A stretch of DNA of 64,000 nucleotides, from positions 87,048,001 through 87,112,000 of the forward strand of contig NC_043000.1 of the NCBI RefSeq assembly GCF_006345805.1, in the 5' to 3' direction. The position numbers and the translations under genes were made by a program. Of the stretch, positions 29,839-42,159 are shown piece by piece. This DNA is from Octopus sinensis. Its lineage: Eukaryota. Position 1 is the first letter of the stretch, and each line of letters opens with the position of its first letter. The notes under the pieces were generated by a model that worked only from the letters and a program-made list of their open reading frames with translations, ran no database searches and was not told the DNA's origin.

Positions 29839-30618
29839 CTAAAAATCTCTTATATGTACCTGTCTCGTGACACGGCATTCGTATGCCAAAGCTCATATGC
29901 AACAAATACGGACAAGCAATCGCAAATACAGTACAACTACAGACAGTATGTACAGACGGAACTACACACATACACATGTACGCAGAAACAGAGAGTCACA
30001 TAGAAACAGAAAAAAAGCAGTCAGCAAGTGATGAAAATTATGGAGCAATTTCGAGCGCAAGCTGTCAAGTAACTTTTAAGTTGTGTTTTGTTCTGTGTAG
30101 AAATGATGGAGCAATTTGGGGCATAATTTTTTTGTTTTAAAACTTAGATTACGATATTTCTTCATTAATTATAGCAACTCTATTTGAGACCAAGTGAGAC
30201 ATGTACAATTTTGCTAATAAGTAATCTTTTGAAAATAATTTTCTTTAGGTTTTATATATTTCATTTGTGGTTAGTTTTTTTATCACTAAAATTAGTGGAC
30301 AATCTTACTTTGTCATTGAGGAGTTATATAATTTTGTTTCACAGTCTATGCAGAATTTTTCTTTTATGCAATCTACGTACACACATGCCCGCGAACACAT
30401 GTATTATTTCACATAGGCATATTGATGGTAATAACCAGTTGTGAGAACCCAATACACTTATATTTTTTAATAAAGCATCAAGTAAATACAGAACGTAATA
30501 ACAGTTAATGACTGACAAAAGAACATTCACTTTCATTAGCTTACAACCATTTCTGCTATAAGAAGCATTGCTTTCAGAGCTGAGTGCTTAGAGCATTACC
30601 AGCGCCATTTAAATGGCG

Positions 30619-30669
<51 letters not shown>

Positions 30670-30730
30670 TACACACATATATGTACATACTTATATATGT
30701 ATATACATATGCATATATGTTGTTCTTTCT

Positions 30731-31018
30731 CGAGCCATGCCTGGCTCATAAGGGCCGGTTTCCCGGTTTCGTGGCGTATAGGTTCTCCACCTGGATGGGA
30801 CGCCGGTCCGACACAGGTGAGCCGCAAGATGCTGGAGGAAAGAGTGAGAGAAAGTTGTGGCGAAAGAGTCAGCAGAGGTTCGCCATTACCTTCTGCCGGA
30901 GTCGCGTGGAGCTTAAATGTTTCACTCATAAACACACACATCGCCCGGTCTGAGATTCGAACCCACGATCCCTTGACCGCGAGTTCGCTGCTCTAACCAC
31001 TAGGCCATGTGCCTCCAC
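30731..31018 (-). mobile_element. tRNA-derived SINE (type B/C hybrid-like)
   Basis: tRNA head as at 5960. Its 3' tail matches the 52036 SINE tail (GAAACCGGGAAACCGG.CC..ATGAGCC). Confidence 0.75.
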
Positions 31019-31149
31019 ATATGCATATATGGGTACAGGACGTCATAAACCGTAAACCATATGAAACATGGAATACGAACTTTTTTTGCGAACAACGAAA
31101 GAAACACATGGAAAACAAGACAAGTAACATAAAGAACGACCCTTCATCA

Positions 31150-32579
31150 GTTGTTGGGTGTTTTTTTACTCCACATTTCGAGCAATTATGACAAGATGTG
31201 TCATCAAGAAAACAGTTGCTCCCGCTACGTCCTTCATGATGTACGTTGTGGAAAGCATCTTCTTCCAGAATAATCCAGTCTCGTCCATACTGAAAATCTG
31301 TTCTGGTTTGTATCTTTTGTCCTCGACGATCTACCTGAAGGTCTCGAGGTACTTCTCGGCGGCTTTGTTGTCGGCTGATGTTGTCTCTCCATGCAGAGAA
31401 ACACACTTTACTTTAAACCGTTTCAGGAAACGGTCAAACTATCCCTTGCTGGTTCGAAAATATTTGGGCTCCGGTGCTGCCAATAGTCCGGGTTGCGGTT
31501 CTTCGGTGCCTTCTGCTCCGTCTCCTGTGTCGAACTGCTGGTATAATTTCCGCTCTTTCTCGCGGATGATGTTACCGCTCAAGGGGATGCTTTTCTTCTT
31601 GCAGTAAATGATCCACAATGCCAAAGCAGATTCCATACTGACGAAGTGCTTATTTCTCACTATCGTTATCTTTTTGGCACTTTCACAGAAACGTACTGCT
31701 ACAGTAATCCTGATCACCATCTCGTTCTTTTTTTTTGCAGCGTATGGTGCTTTCGTTGACAAGATAATAGTGATCTACTGCAGCATAACTTTTACCTTTC
31801 CGGAACATATCCAGCAGTTGAGCATTCTCATGGACCGTTATAACCTTTTTATGGCGCTTAGATTCACTGCCAGAAGCCGTAGAAGGTGTAGGGCATTTGG
31901 GAGTTATCTTAAGGCTTTAATAAAACGCTGCGAAAAACACGGCACTCAACAAAATGCTGAAGATAGCTACTGGACGCTGTTTCCCTGTCCCCCACCCAAA
32001 AATCCTACTAAAAATCTTCATTGCGTCTAATATGCGCATACCACCAATGGGAGATTGAACAGAGATTAAAAGCAACTATGGGTTTGAAAATTTTAGTCTG
32101 CATTACCACTGGATACAGTAATCTATACTATAATAATAACAGAGAAAGGAAGAAAGAAAGAAAGAGAGAGAGAGAGAGGGACCAGCAAGTAACCTAATTT
32201 GAATGAGTCTATATTGACTCATGACATAAAAAATTATCCTGTTGAAATAAACTTTGTGTATGATCAAATATAGCGATGGTTTTTTAAAAAAAGCGCTAGT
32301 AGTCGCTATACTAATTAGGAAACTTTGGTTGAAAGCAAGAATAAGAGATACAAGATACAGTGTACTTGTATCTAAAAACAAAATCAAGCGAAGTGATGCG
32401 TGGCTATCCTAATCATTATAATTAATAGTTTAGCCTTAAAAAGTGTGAAAAAGTATATATTGCCAAGAAAAATGGCATAAAAAGTCGCGAATATGCGATG
32501 GTTTCTGCAAACGATTATTAGTTCTGCGAATAACCGGGACCACGAATGCCAAACCGTGAAAAAAGCTGGGGGTACACTG
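31150..32579 (-). mobile_element. Tigger/pogo (TIGD-like) DNA transposon, 5' half, decayed
   Basis: TA|CAGTGTACCCCC terminus at 32579. CENP-B HTH MESALALW...PLSGNIIREK...SKG*FDRF...LHGE, then IFSMDETGLFWKK. Confidence 0.85.
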
Positions 32580-32646
32580 TATATATATATATATGATAAT
32601 AATAATAATAATGATACTACTAGTAGTAGTAGTAGTAGTAGTAGTA

Positions 32647-32705
<59 letters not shown>

Positions 32706-32709
<4 letters not shown>

Positions 32710-33310
32710 GGGAATATTATTCCAAACTTACAGGGGAAAATTCAATTTAGTAATACTGAATCACATTTCACAATATATAATATATGTGTATAAATTAGAG
32801 AAAAAACACCTTTTATCTATTCAACGATGAAATAACAATGATATAATTAAATTATACCACATAGAAAAAAATCAAATGTACAATAAAACATATACCAATA
32901 ATTAAGTAAAGTATAAAGTAATAAATAAAAAGTATATAATTGGTAGATGGACTACACGTGTTTCGTGGCTATAATTTCAAACTGATAACACTAAAATCAA
33001 TTCAATTTAAATATAAAAGGTAGTTTTTCTCTAATTTATATACATATATTTTATAGATATATATATATATATATATATGTCTTTTTGGACATACACTTTT
33101 TTTTATATATATCAGTGATGACTTTCTCACTGATAATGCCTTCCCTTTATATTACACAAATGTAATTCTTTTTCCCCGAAATGAATTGCAGTTCATATTA
33201 GAGGCTCCGATGAAGCTGTATGCACTCAACTAGCAATCCACTGCATCTTATAGCAGAAACAGCTGTAAGCTAATAAGTTCATAACATAGCCATTATTTTT
33301 CCTGTGTCAT
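32706..33310 (+). mobile_element. Penelope pLTR-like non-autonomous element with internal inverted repeat and hammerhead scaffold
   Basis: Head TAGGGAAT...CCAAACTTACAGGGGAAAA is shared with 55937. Inverted repeat at ~32781-32817/33011-33048 and hammerhead scaffold at 33198-33273. Confidence 0.55.
33198..33273 (+). ncRNA. putative minimal type I hammerhead ribozyme (U4C variant)
   Basis: gct-CCGATGA-a-GCTGTA TGCA...TGCA tct TATAGC-a-GAAAC agct GTA-agc, with palindromic helix III ACAGCTGT. Confidence 0.5.
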
Positions 33311-33316
33311 CTGTAT

Positions 33317-33374
<58 letters not shown>

Positions 33375-34299
33375 ATAGAAACATTACTCAACTACATATA
33401 ACCACATACATCTTTTTCAAATCCGTATCCCGTAACTTTTATATTTTTACTATTTTACGAATTGTTTTTTTTTTATATTTGTACTTCTGATGGAACGGAA
33501 ATTTCTATTCTACAAAATGTCGAAAATGAAAGAGTTACGTACCTTTTGTGCATTCGCTCAGTGACTTGAGTAGCTTATTATGTTATGATGACAAATTCGT
33601 ATTTCAGACAGTAAACTACGGGATACCCGATAACACAAAACATTTTGATTTTTAATGAAAGAAACGAAAGGGCAATTAAATGAAGGAAATGAAAAACTGA
33701 ATACTTGATTTCTTACCAAATTCCAAATAAAATCTCTGAAGCAAACGTTTACATAGGAGAGTAATGTTAAGATACAGCTTGCAAGTACGACAGTATGTCT
33801 GTGTGTATATTCTAATGCAAAACTGGTTAAATGTTTGTATGTATTATGAATATATGAAGCATACACATACAAACATGCATGTATATACAATGTCCAAAAG
33901 TTTTCCAAAGAAACCTACCAAAAACAGGCTGTTCCTTTCTCTTACTCTCTCATTCCTGAACACCTCACTTTAAAAAGAAGAGAAAGGGAGTTGTGAAGGA
34001 TCATATTATGACCATCACAACTTATGATAAGTTTGTACGGTTGAGGAGGGGAGCTGTAAAAGGTAATATATTTGTCAAAAAAGGAGGGAAACCGTAAATG
34101 GTTATATGTTTGTAAGGAAGAGAAGGGACATTGTAAAGAGTAATATGTTTTTAAAGAAGAGAAGGAATCTGTAAAAAGTTATGTGTGTTTTTTTAATCTG
34201 AAGAGAAACCCAGTTCAGAAAAATGTGCCACGCAAAACTGAAGAGAATAAGATTACTAAAAAGTACTCTAATATTGTGTTAAATAAAATAATGGAAATC

Positions 34300-35010
34300 A
34301 GAAAATTAGACCAAGTACAAACTTTTTAATTTCTTAGCAATTAAGAAGCTTGACACAACAATGCACACAAATGAAACAAAAGGTTAAGAAAATTATTGAC
34401 TCATTAGATGAATACTTAAAATAATTAAATACAAAAATGAGAGGGTAGATATCAACATTCAAGGTAGCAAGACTGGACAAGGAAAACAAATATAACGATT
34501 GCATCTACAACAGAGCAACTAAAAGCCAACAGGACTCGTTTGCAATTAGAAATTTATACACATATCGACTGTAGGAATACAAAGATATGCAGTGAAGAGA
34601 AATAAAAGAAACTAATTTAAACACGAATAAAGTGAAAAGCTATTTTATATTTCAAAAATATATAACTATAAAACAAAGGATGACGTAACAGATAGCTGTG
34701 AAGAGGATACAGAAATAACAGAAACTACGTAATTCTTTTCACATATATCTTAAGATTTCCGACTGTTCAATGACTGGTTTATTGCATTAAAAAACCTGAA
34801 AAACTATACTGAAAACGGAGTTATATGATGTCATATTAAGTCATTGGCAAGAAAGCCCCTACATGGTTAAATCTTGTCAAGATTGAGAGTAACTGATAAA
34901 GCGGAAGTGAATAAAAAATTGCACCGGTTACGAGGCACAGGGTTTAAAACTGCTACCAGAAATTATCAAAACATATAAGTAACATCAGAATATGAGGAAA
35001 TTGTGAAGAG
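34300..35010 (+). mobile_element. old R4/Dong RT C-terminal remnant
   Basis: IRNLYTH, HWQE(K)PLHG, KAEVNKK...LRGTGFK and TRNYQ motifs correspond to 24430-24900. Confidence 0.55.
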
Positions 35011-35044
35011 GCAATCAATAATGCTGGTTTCGGTTACCTGGTAT

Positions 35045-35260
35045 ATCTTTATCTTTTATCTTTTACTAGTTTCAGTCATTTGACCGCGGCCATTTTGGGG
35101 CACCAACATGAAGGGTGTAGTCGAATAAATCAACTCCAAGACTTAATTTTTTTAAAACCTGGTACTTGTTCTATCGCTCTCTTTTGATGAACAGCCAAGT
35201 TTAGGGGACGCAAACACACCAACACCAAGTAGTAGTGGGGAACAAACACATACACACATA
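35045..35260 (-). mobile_element. SINE (type F) 3' part
   Basis: ATCTTTTACTAGTTTCAGTCATTTGACCGCGGCCAT...AACACACCAACACC is shared with 37738. Confidence 0.75.
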
Positions 35261-35554
35261 TACACATACGCACCCCTCTATACTTGGATGTTAATTCTAC
35301 TTGCATTTATTGGTATCTAATTGTTGGGTGTAGTTAACCAAGTTCGTTTAACATCAAATGATTTATTGGTATCTGCTTGAATTTTTAAAAATCCCTTTTA
35401 CTTCTTATACACAGACACACGCATACACACACATGCACACACACACACACAAACACACACATAAATACACGCACACATATAAATACATACACACACACAC
35501 ACGCAAGCACGCATATATATGACAGACATGAAATGCAAGAAACAGAATCTTATA

Positions 35555-35795
35555 TAATACATATCGTGCTCCAGTTGCAAGGAACATTTTATTGGCGAAA
35601 CAAAACTGATGTACAAGAATCCAGAGAAAACAGATGAGACAAAAAGAATTACGCAAGTGAGTAAGCGTCTGGTAATATATGGAGACAGCTGATTCAAGAT
35701 ATTTCCATTCTACAAATACCCAAGGAATGACGCAAAGCACTGGAAGGGAATGGAACTATTTTTTATCAAAAAATTCTTACCTAAACTAAACGTAC
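35555..35795 (+). mobile_element. Penelope GIY-YIG fragment, decayed
   Basis: (C)SSCKEHFIGETK and FKIFPFYKYPRND...MELFFIKKFLPKLN. Confidence 0.7.
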
Positions 35796-35924
35796 AAAAA
35801 AGAATGTATATATGTATATATATATAAATATATATACACATGCACATGAGAAATCCTTAGTAGAATGTTCTCATTACTGTTACCTGGAAAACTCATTTAA
35901 CCAACTAACACCCCATACACACAA

Positions 35925-35962
<38 letters not shown>

Positions 35963-36161
35963 GCTGAAATCGGGGAAGTGAGTGTATAATGATATGTGGA
36001 AATTGACGATTTAAAGTCTGTTACCAGCATATTGGCATGGAAATAATTTTTCTTTTGCCCTTGTTTATAAGTTATTTATAATTTTAACCTTTAAAGGTAT
36101 TTTAATATGCTGCCACATTTTGATGAAATTTTTCTGAAAAACTTTTCATCCTATATTAATG

Positions 36162-36219
<58 letters not shown>

Positions 36220-36224
36220 ATGCT

Positions 36225-36378
36225 GAGACCTCCCTTCGGTCATGACTGACCATGGGATTGCACCTAGAAAGTTACCCTCCCAGGCACAGGTCCGGGCAAG
36301 GTTGTTTATGGAAGACCAGCAACTGCCCATGGATACCGGCCTCCCTCTCCACGCCACCAGTGTTATCTTAGGGAAAGG
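36225..36378 (-). mobile_element. SINE type A 3' fragment
   Basis: Reverse complement of 1370-1500. Confidence 0.75.
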
Positions 36379-36436
36379 CTATATGTATATATATATGTAT
36401 ATACATATACATATATGTATATATATATGTATATAC

Positions 36437-36471
<35 letters not shown>

Positions 36472-36472
36472 A

Positions 36473-36699
36473 GGCGGCAAGCTGGCAGAATCGTTATCAC
36501 GTCGGGCGAAATGCGTAGCCGTATTTCGTCTGCCGTTACGTTCTGAGTTCAAATTCCGCCGAGGTTGACTTTGCCTTTCATCCTTTCGGGGTCGATAAAT
36601 AAAGTACCAGTTTCGCACTGGGGTCGATGTAATCGACTTAATCCCTTTGTCTGTCCTTGTTTGTCCCCTCTGTGTTTAGCCCCCTGTGGGTAATAAAGA

Positions 36700-36700
<1 letters not shown>
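36473..36700 (+). mobile_element. SINE (type E), full length
   Basis: Same family as 20564. Confidence 0.85.
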
Positions 36701-36735
<35 letters not shown>

Positions 36736-36765
36736 ATAACAAAATAATAAATAAAAGCATATGCA

Positions 36766-36844
<79 letters not shown>

Positions 36845-36982
36845 CATGCATATATGTATATATACATGCATATATGGGTACAGGACACCAAAAAAAAAAA
36901 CATCGGACACAATGAGAAACGAAAACATAAAAACAAAACCATGGAAACGGACATTATAATATAGTATATATATGTGCATTCT

Positions 36983-37030
36983 TTATTAGCGCTTTCGTTC
37001 GTTCAATTGAACGAACGAAAGCGCTAATAA
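36983..37030. repeat. perfect 48-bp palindrome
   Basis: TTATTAGCGCTTTCGTTCGTTCAA|TTGAACGAACGAAAGCGCTAATAA. Confidence 0.98.
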
Positions 37031-37119
37031 TTAATTATCCAAAATTCTGACTGCCTCCTTCTTAATATACAATATCTGTACACCACTTCAAACACTCTAT
37101 ACACATATGATATATACAT

Positions 37120-37300
37120 ATATAAAATGTTCAAGTAACTCAAATAAGTGATTATACAATGGTGCTAGATCAGGTGAGTAGGGAGAATGAGTGAGGTAGA
37201 ACTCGTACCTTAATGAATTTAGCTTCCTTGGATTATCTTCGCTGAATATGGCCTTGTATCATCATGCATTATCACAAAATACCCACTTCCCTTCTATATA
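37120..37300 (-). mobile_element. mariner transposase fragment, decayed
   Basis: IMHDDTRPYSAK and HSPYSPDLAPLYNHLF. Confidence 0.7.
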
Positions 37301-37737
37301 CACTTTTAAGATCTGCTTGAGATGATATTGCATAGTGGACCAAGGTGTATCACGCCCCGCACCGCCGAAAAGTCCTCAATACTATTACGCAAATCCACTT
37401 CGCTTTCGCTGCGTCGTTATTGAAAACAGTTGGTTCTTCCTGATCGAAATCCACCCTAATGATCAAAATCACCGTTTTTCGATCAGGATATAGAATACAT
37501 GTTTTTCCTTACACGTGCTGCATTGTTGTTCTTAGGAAATTCGTAAGTCTTTGTCTTCCATAGGCTATTGGACAGAGCATAAATACATAGCGCGTGTCCA
37601 CAATAATATGTAATTAACCCAATACTGACTGGTTGATTGCAAGGACACCTTTTGTTGGGGTTTAGACTATTTAGTTTGGGCATGGTGTCAGACTGTTTGT
37701 TAGAAAATATATATACTTTCGGTACTCCCATACATAT

Positions 37738-38159
37738 ATCCTTTATCTTTTACTCGTTTCGGCCATTAGACTGCGGCCATGCTGGGGCACTGATTTGAAA
37801 ACTTTTAACCGAATGAATCGACGGTAGTACATTTTTAAGCAGGTATTTATTCTATTGATCAGTTTTGCCGAACTGTTAAGTTACAGAGGCATAAACATTC
37901 AAATACCGGTTGTCAAGCGCTGGTGACACTCACACACACGCACGCACGCACGCACACACACACACACGCACACACACACACACGAACACACACACACACA
38001 CTCACACACACACTCACACGACGGGCGCCTTTCAGTTTCTGTCTACCAAATCCCCTCATAAGGTTTTGGTCGGCCTGCAACTATAATAGGAGAGACCTGC
38101 CCAAGGTGTCATACAGTGAAACTGAACCCGGAACCATGTGGTTCGGAAGCAAGCTTCTT
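37738..38159 (-). mobile_element. SINE (type F) body; its 5' tip is displaced to 39955-39985 by an insertion
   Basis: Internal (CA)n, core CCAAATCCCTCATAAGG...CCCAAGGTG and B box. The head continues beyond the duplicated AAGCAAGCTTCTT. Confidence 0.8.
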
Positions 38160-39954
38160 TATTTCATTATATTGGCCATAAGGCCTTACACAGAGAAATG
38201 AACCTGTGGGCTGGACGTAGGCATAATGTTATAAGAAATGAAAATGAAAATGATGATTAATGGGGGAAAAACGACGCCCGCCGATCGATTTTTTCCCGAG
38301 AACATTGATCTCTTGTATATTGTTCATGAGGCAACAAGCCTCTACACTGTTCACAATATTGAATAACGAAATGAGGTGCTAAGCCTCTTACCTTTCTTTC
38401 CAAACTCAGAACTTCCAATAACACTGAGGCTTTTCAAACTCTTATCACTATTCCTCCTCAACATCGCTTGTGTCCGCATACTCCGTCATCAACCACGCCT
38501 CATTCAAGATCGCCCGGGTACAAACGATATTCCTCATTGAGTCCCTTCAGCCTATTCATCACGAGCAACGTTATGACCTCCACAGCTATCTGCGGAGGCC
38601 ATTCGGGATCCTGTGTGCAGGCTAAAGGTGTTCCCTTATGGTGCTTTTCCACCACCTTTTCTACCTTTCCGCCTCTATAGAAGAAGACCAATAATTCGTC
38701 TTCCTCCGGGGGCGGGATATCCAATTCTACCGTTGGCGGCACAGTTTCCGCCAACGGTGTCTCTTCCCCTGCCGGTGGCACAACCCCTACCGATGAGGTT
38801 CCGGGACATTCCGGTACTATGTCACCGACTGCCGGTAATCTCCTGTTTCTTTTCCTCCTCCTCTTTTTTTTTCTTTTCAACTGAGGGAGGGTACGTCTCC
38901 TCGTGTCCGGGAGATTGTCCCCCCTTCCTCATCCCTAGAATCCTTCGGTGAGCACCCATTGTTGCTCACCTTCTAAGGGCTCACCCTCTAAGGGCTGGTT
39001 CGCAAATTTGCGAGCCTCTTTAGGAGTGTCAAATAGCAAGCACACCGTTCCGTATTTGACCCCCCCCCGGAAATGAATTTGGTAGTTGGCAAATAATTTA
39101 CCAACTCCTTTGCGATTACAGTCTTTTCAAATAGAGTGATGGTGTCGAGTGACTTGGAGTAAGTCTTCAACACCACCGTCCTCTCTTCTCGGTCTTTCAA
39201 CCACTGTTTGGGTGGGGTATAATTTTCCACCCCAAAGCATTGTCTTTTTTCATTGGCATGTTTTTTTAACAGTTCAAATTAAAAACTTAAAAAGAGGGAA
39301 GAAAAAGAAAGAAATCAAAAGAAAGTCACAATAAAAAGGAAAACAATTCACAAAAAAAAGAAAATCAAAAAAGTTTAGAAGAAAGAAAGTTAATAGTTCA
39401 AAAACACAGCAAAAAAAAAAATCTTCCGGCCACTTGGTACTCCCATCCAAGGTCGAATCCGGAACGCCACAACTGGAACACAACTTCCACAAAAACTGGT
39501 ATACAAGTTGTTCAATCTTAGGAAGCAAAGACACTCCCCCAAAACAATCATTATCACAATTATTTTAAAAATTCACAAAACATGAACAAATTGTTAGGAG
39601 GCACAATACGCTCCCAAGCAACAATTCTCACAATGAAGTGAGAAAAAACATTCACTTAATGTGAACCACTATCTTGGAAGCGGGATACGCCTCCAAACAA
39701 TAATTCTCACAATTAAGTGAGAAAAAAATATTCATTCCACTGCAGGCAGACTAGAGTTTAGAATCCAGTGAGGACTTCTTGCTTGTACAAAAAAAAAAAA
39801 TTATTACCGCAGGCAACAAATCCCCACTGGACCCCAAAACAAAAGTCTTACCTTACAGCGGAGCTTCAAAATTCTTCAATTCAAGACGGCTTCGAAAGGA
39901 CGTCTTGACAGCTTCAGTTCCAAACACTACACTGACTCGCACATGCGCAGTGGA
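38160..39954 (-). mobile_element. ORF1-only Tx1/L1-derived non-autonomous element (HAL1-like) with 13-bp TSD
   Basis: TSD AAGCAAGCTTCTT at 38147-38159 and 39955-39967. Frameshifted ORF1-like peptides ERTVVLKT...GTVCLLFDTPKEARKFA. 3' end TGGCCAAT...AAATA(AA). No EN or RT present. Confidence 0.7.
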
Positions 39955-40235
39955 AAGCAAGCTTCTTACTACACAGCTACGCCTATAGATACATATAAAG
40001 ACATGACGGAGTTATCGCTTTCATAAATTAGAAACTATGTCGTTATTGTGAATTAGTAACAGATAAGAGATCGTACATAAATATAACAAGAAAAGGTGCT
40101 GATATAGATGAAGGAAAAATATTTCGTGACATGCTATTTCGTACATTTCGAGAGATAAAAGTCAATTGTCCAGATATTCTTGTGAATACATTCAGGTAAA
40201 TATGTCTCCTTTATTCAATGTCTCAATTTCAGCAA

Positions 40236-41420
40236 ACGACTCATTCCATGTTCTGTCCGATTTTACTTTCTTTAAAATTGAATGAAATTTAATAGTATTT
40301 TAGAATGTCTAATGGAATTAAAAATTATTTTTATGCATTTGTGTACATTTAAACTAATTAAATATTATTTTACAGAATAATAGAATTAAAATTTCTTTGA
40401 TTAAAACCATGGAAGTATCCAAAGAGCATTTAAGGCACATAATGCAAAAGATGGTTTGCAAAATTCAGAAGTGGAGATTTCATCCTTGAAGATGAAGATC
40501 GAACAGGACGTCCAGTTGAGTTTGATGATAAGCTTCTCGAGGCCTGACTTGAAGAAAGTCCTGCGTTATCAGTTTAAGAATTGGCAATAAAGCTTAGTTC
40601 AAACCATACAACTGTTCATCGTCATCTTCAACAACTTGGAAAGGTTCCTAAGCTTGGAAAATGGGTGCCTCACGTATTCTCCGAAAGCAACCGTAAATCC
40701 CGAGTTGATATCTGCTCTTCTCTCCATTCTCGCGAACTCATTTCACCCCCTTTTTAGATAGACTTGTGCCTGGTGACGAAAAATGTATCTTCTATTGAAA
40801 TGTTAAACGTCGTAAACAGTCGCTTGATAAAGGGGAAAAAGCTCAATCAGAACCGAGAAGGGAATTTGTGGGAAAAAGGTTCTTCTCTCTATCTGGTGGG
40901 ATTGCAAAAGAGTAATTCATTTTGAATTGTTATCACCTAATGCAACAATCAATGCTCAAGCCTACTGTCAGCAATTAGAGCGTTTGAACCAAGCTTTGAA
41001 GAAAAACAGACCCGCTTTAGTGAATCGAAAAGGAGTGATGTTTCATCAGAACAATGCGCGACCCCAAACTGCAAAGATCACAACACAGAAGATCGAAGAG
41101 CTTGGTTGGAAGAAAATTCCTCATCCACCTTATTCTCCCGACTTTGCTCCTTTAGCCTACCATTTGTTTCGTAGTTTACAGAATCATTTCGGGGCCATAA
41201 CTTTCGCAAGTCAGGAGGAGGTCGAAACTGACATTTCAGAGTTCTTCGCTTTGAAACCAAAAGAGTTTTACATTGATGGGATTAAAAAGCTTGTAAACAG
41301 ATGGAAAGAAGTCATAGATAATCCGGGAAAGTACATTGATGATTAAATTTCAATTAAATGTAACATTTGATCACTTGTTTTTTTATTCAAAATTCGGACA
41401 GAACTTATGGGATGACCTGA
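40236..41420 (+). mobile_element. mariner element, near full length, inactive
   Basis: ATG 40409 MEVSKEHLRH, WFAKFRSG, KWVPH, GDEK, HQNNARP, YSPDFAP. 3' TIR TCGGACAGAACTTATGGGATGACCTGA|TA with a decayed 5' TIR. Confidence 0.95.
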
Positions 41421-41435
41421 TATCTTGACTTTTTT

Positions 41436-41477
<42 letters not shown>

Positions 41478-41492
41478 AAAAAAGTCAAGATA
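41421..41492. repeat. perfect 72-bp palindrome centred on (TA)n
   Basis: TATCTTGACTTTTTTCCA(TA)n...TGGAAAAAAGTCAAGATA. Confidence 0.95.
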
Positions 41493-41525
41493 GAAAATGC
41501 TAAGATAATATTATAAAAAACATTT

Positions 41526-41561
41526 CAGTATCGATTTCAGTCATTGAGACTTTTTCAACTG
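41526..41561 (-). ncRNA. degenerate hammerhead-like scaffold
   Basis: Minus strand CAG-TTGAAAA-AGTC tcaat GACT-GAAA-tcga-TA-CTG. All three helices pair, but the core deviates from CTGANGA at 2 positions. Confidence 0.3.
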
Positions 41562-41708
41562 TAAGTATGGAAAACAATTAATTTTTTGTAAAATTAAAAG
41601 AATATTTACACAGTATTCAAATACAAGTGGCATTTTCCGTCTTTCTGCATGTTTCTCTCTCTCTTGTTTACTCTTGTGTGTTCGAGGGCGTTGTGAATTC
41701 TTGGTAGG

Positions 41709-41790
<82 letters not shown>

Positions 41791-42159
41791 AAGAAGAAGA
41801 AGAAACGGAAGGAGAAGAAGAAGAAGAGGAAGAGAAGAAGAAGAATGCGAGAGTACCATGACACTAGTATGTTGAATGGTCAACTGCCTCGAAAGTGACC
41901 CGCTGTGGATGGTAGTAGTGATTGAATTCCTGAAACATCTCTTTTGAATGTTTTGTTTATAAAATTTTCGTAGGTGTTATTCTGAAAAGCAACAGTGGTA
42001 AAGTTAGGAAGGAGGTGGCGGAGAGGAAGAAGACAAGGAAGGAGAATAAGAAGGAATGTAGGCAGTATGATAGTAGTAAGGTGTTAAGTGGTCAAATGAC
42101 CTAAAATTGGATCGTTATCGATTATAGCAGTGATTGGGACTGTTTATTTAATGAATTCT

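Noticed and set aside
31140-31155. Minus-strand CTGATGA in a short repeat
   Set aside because: Only half a motif, and the partner helix II/GAAA is missing at the Tigger junction.
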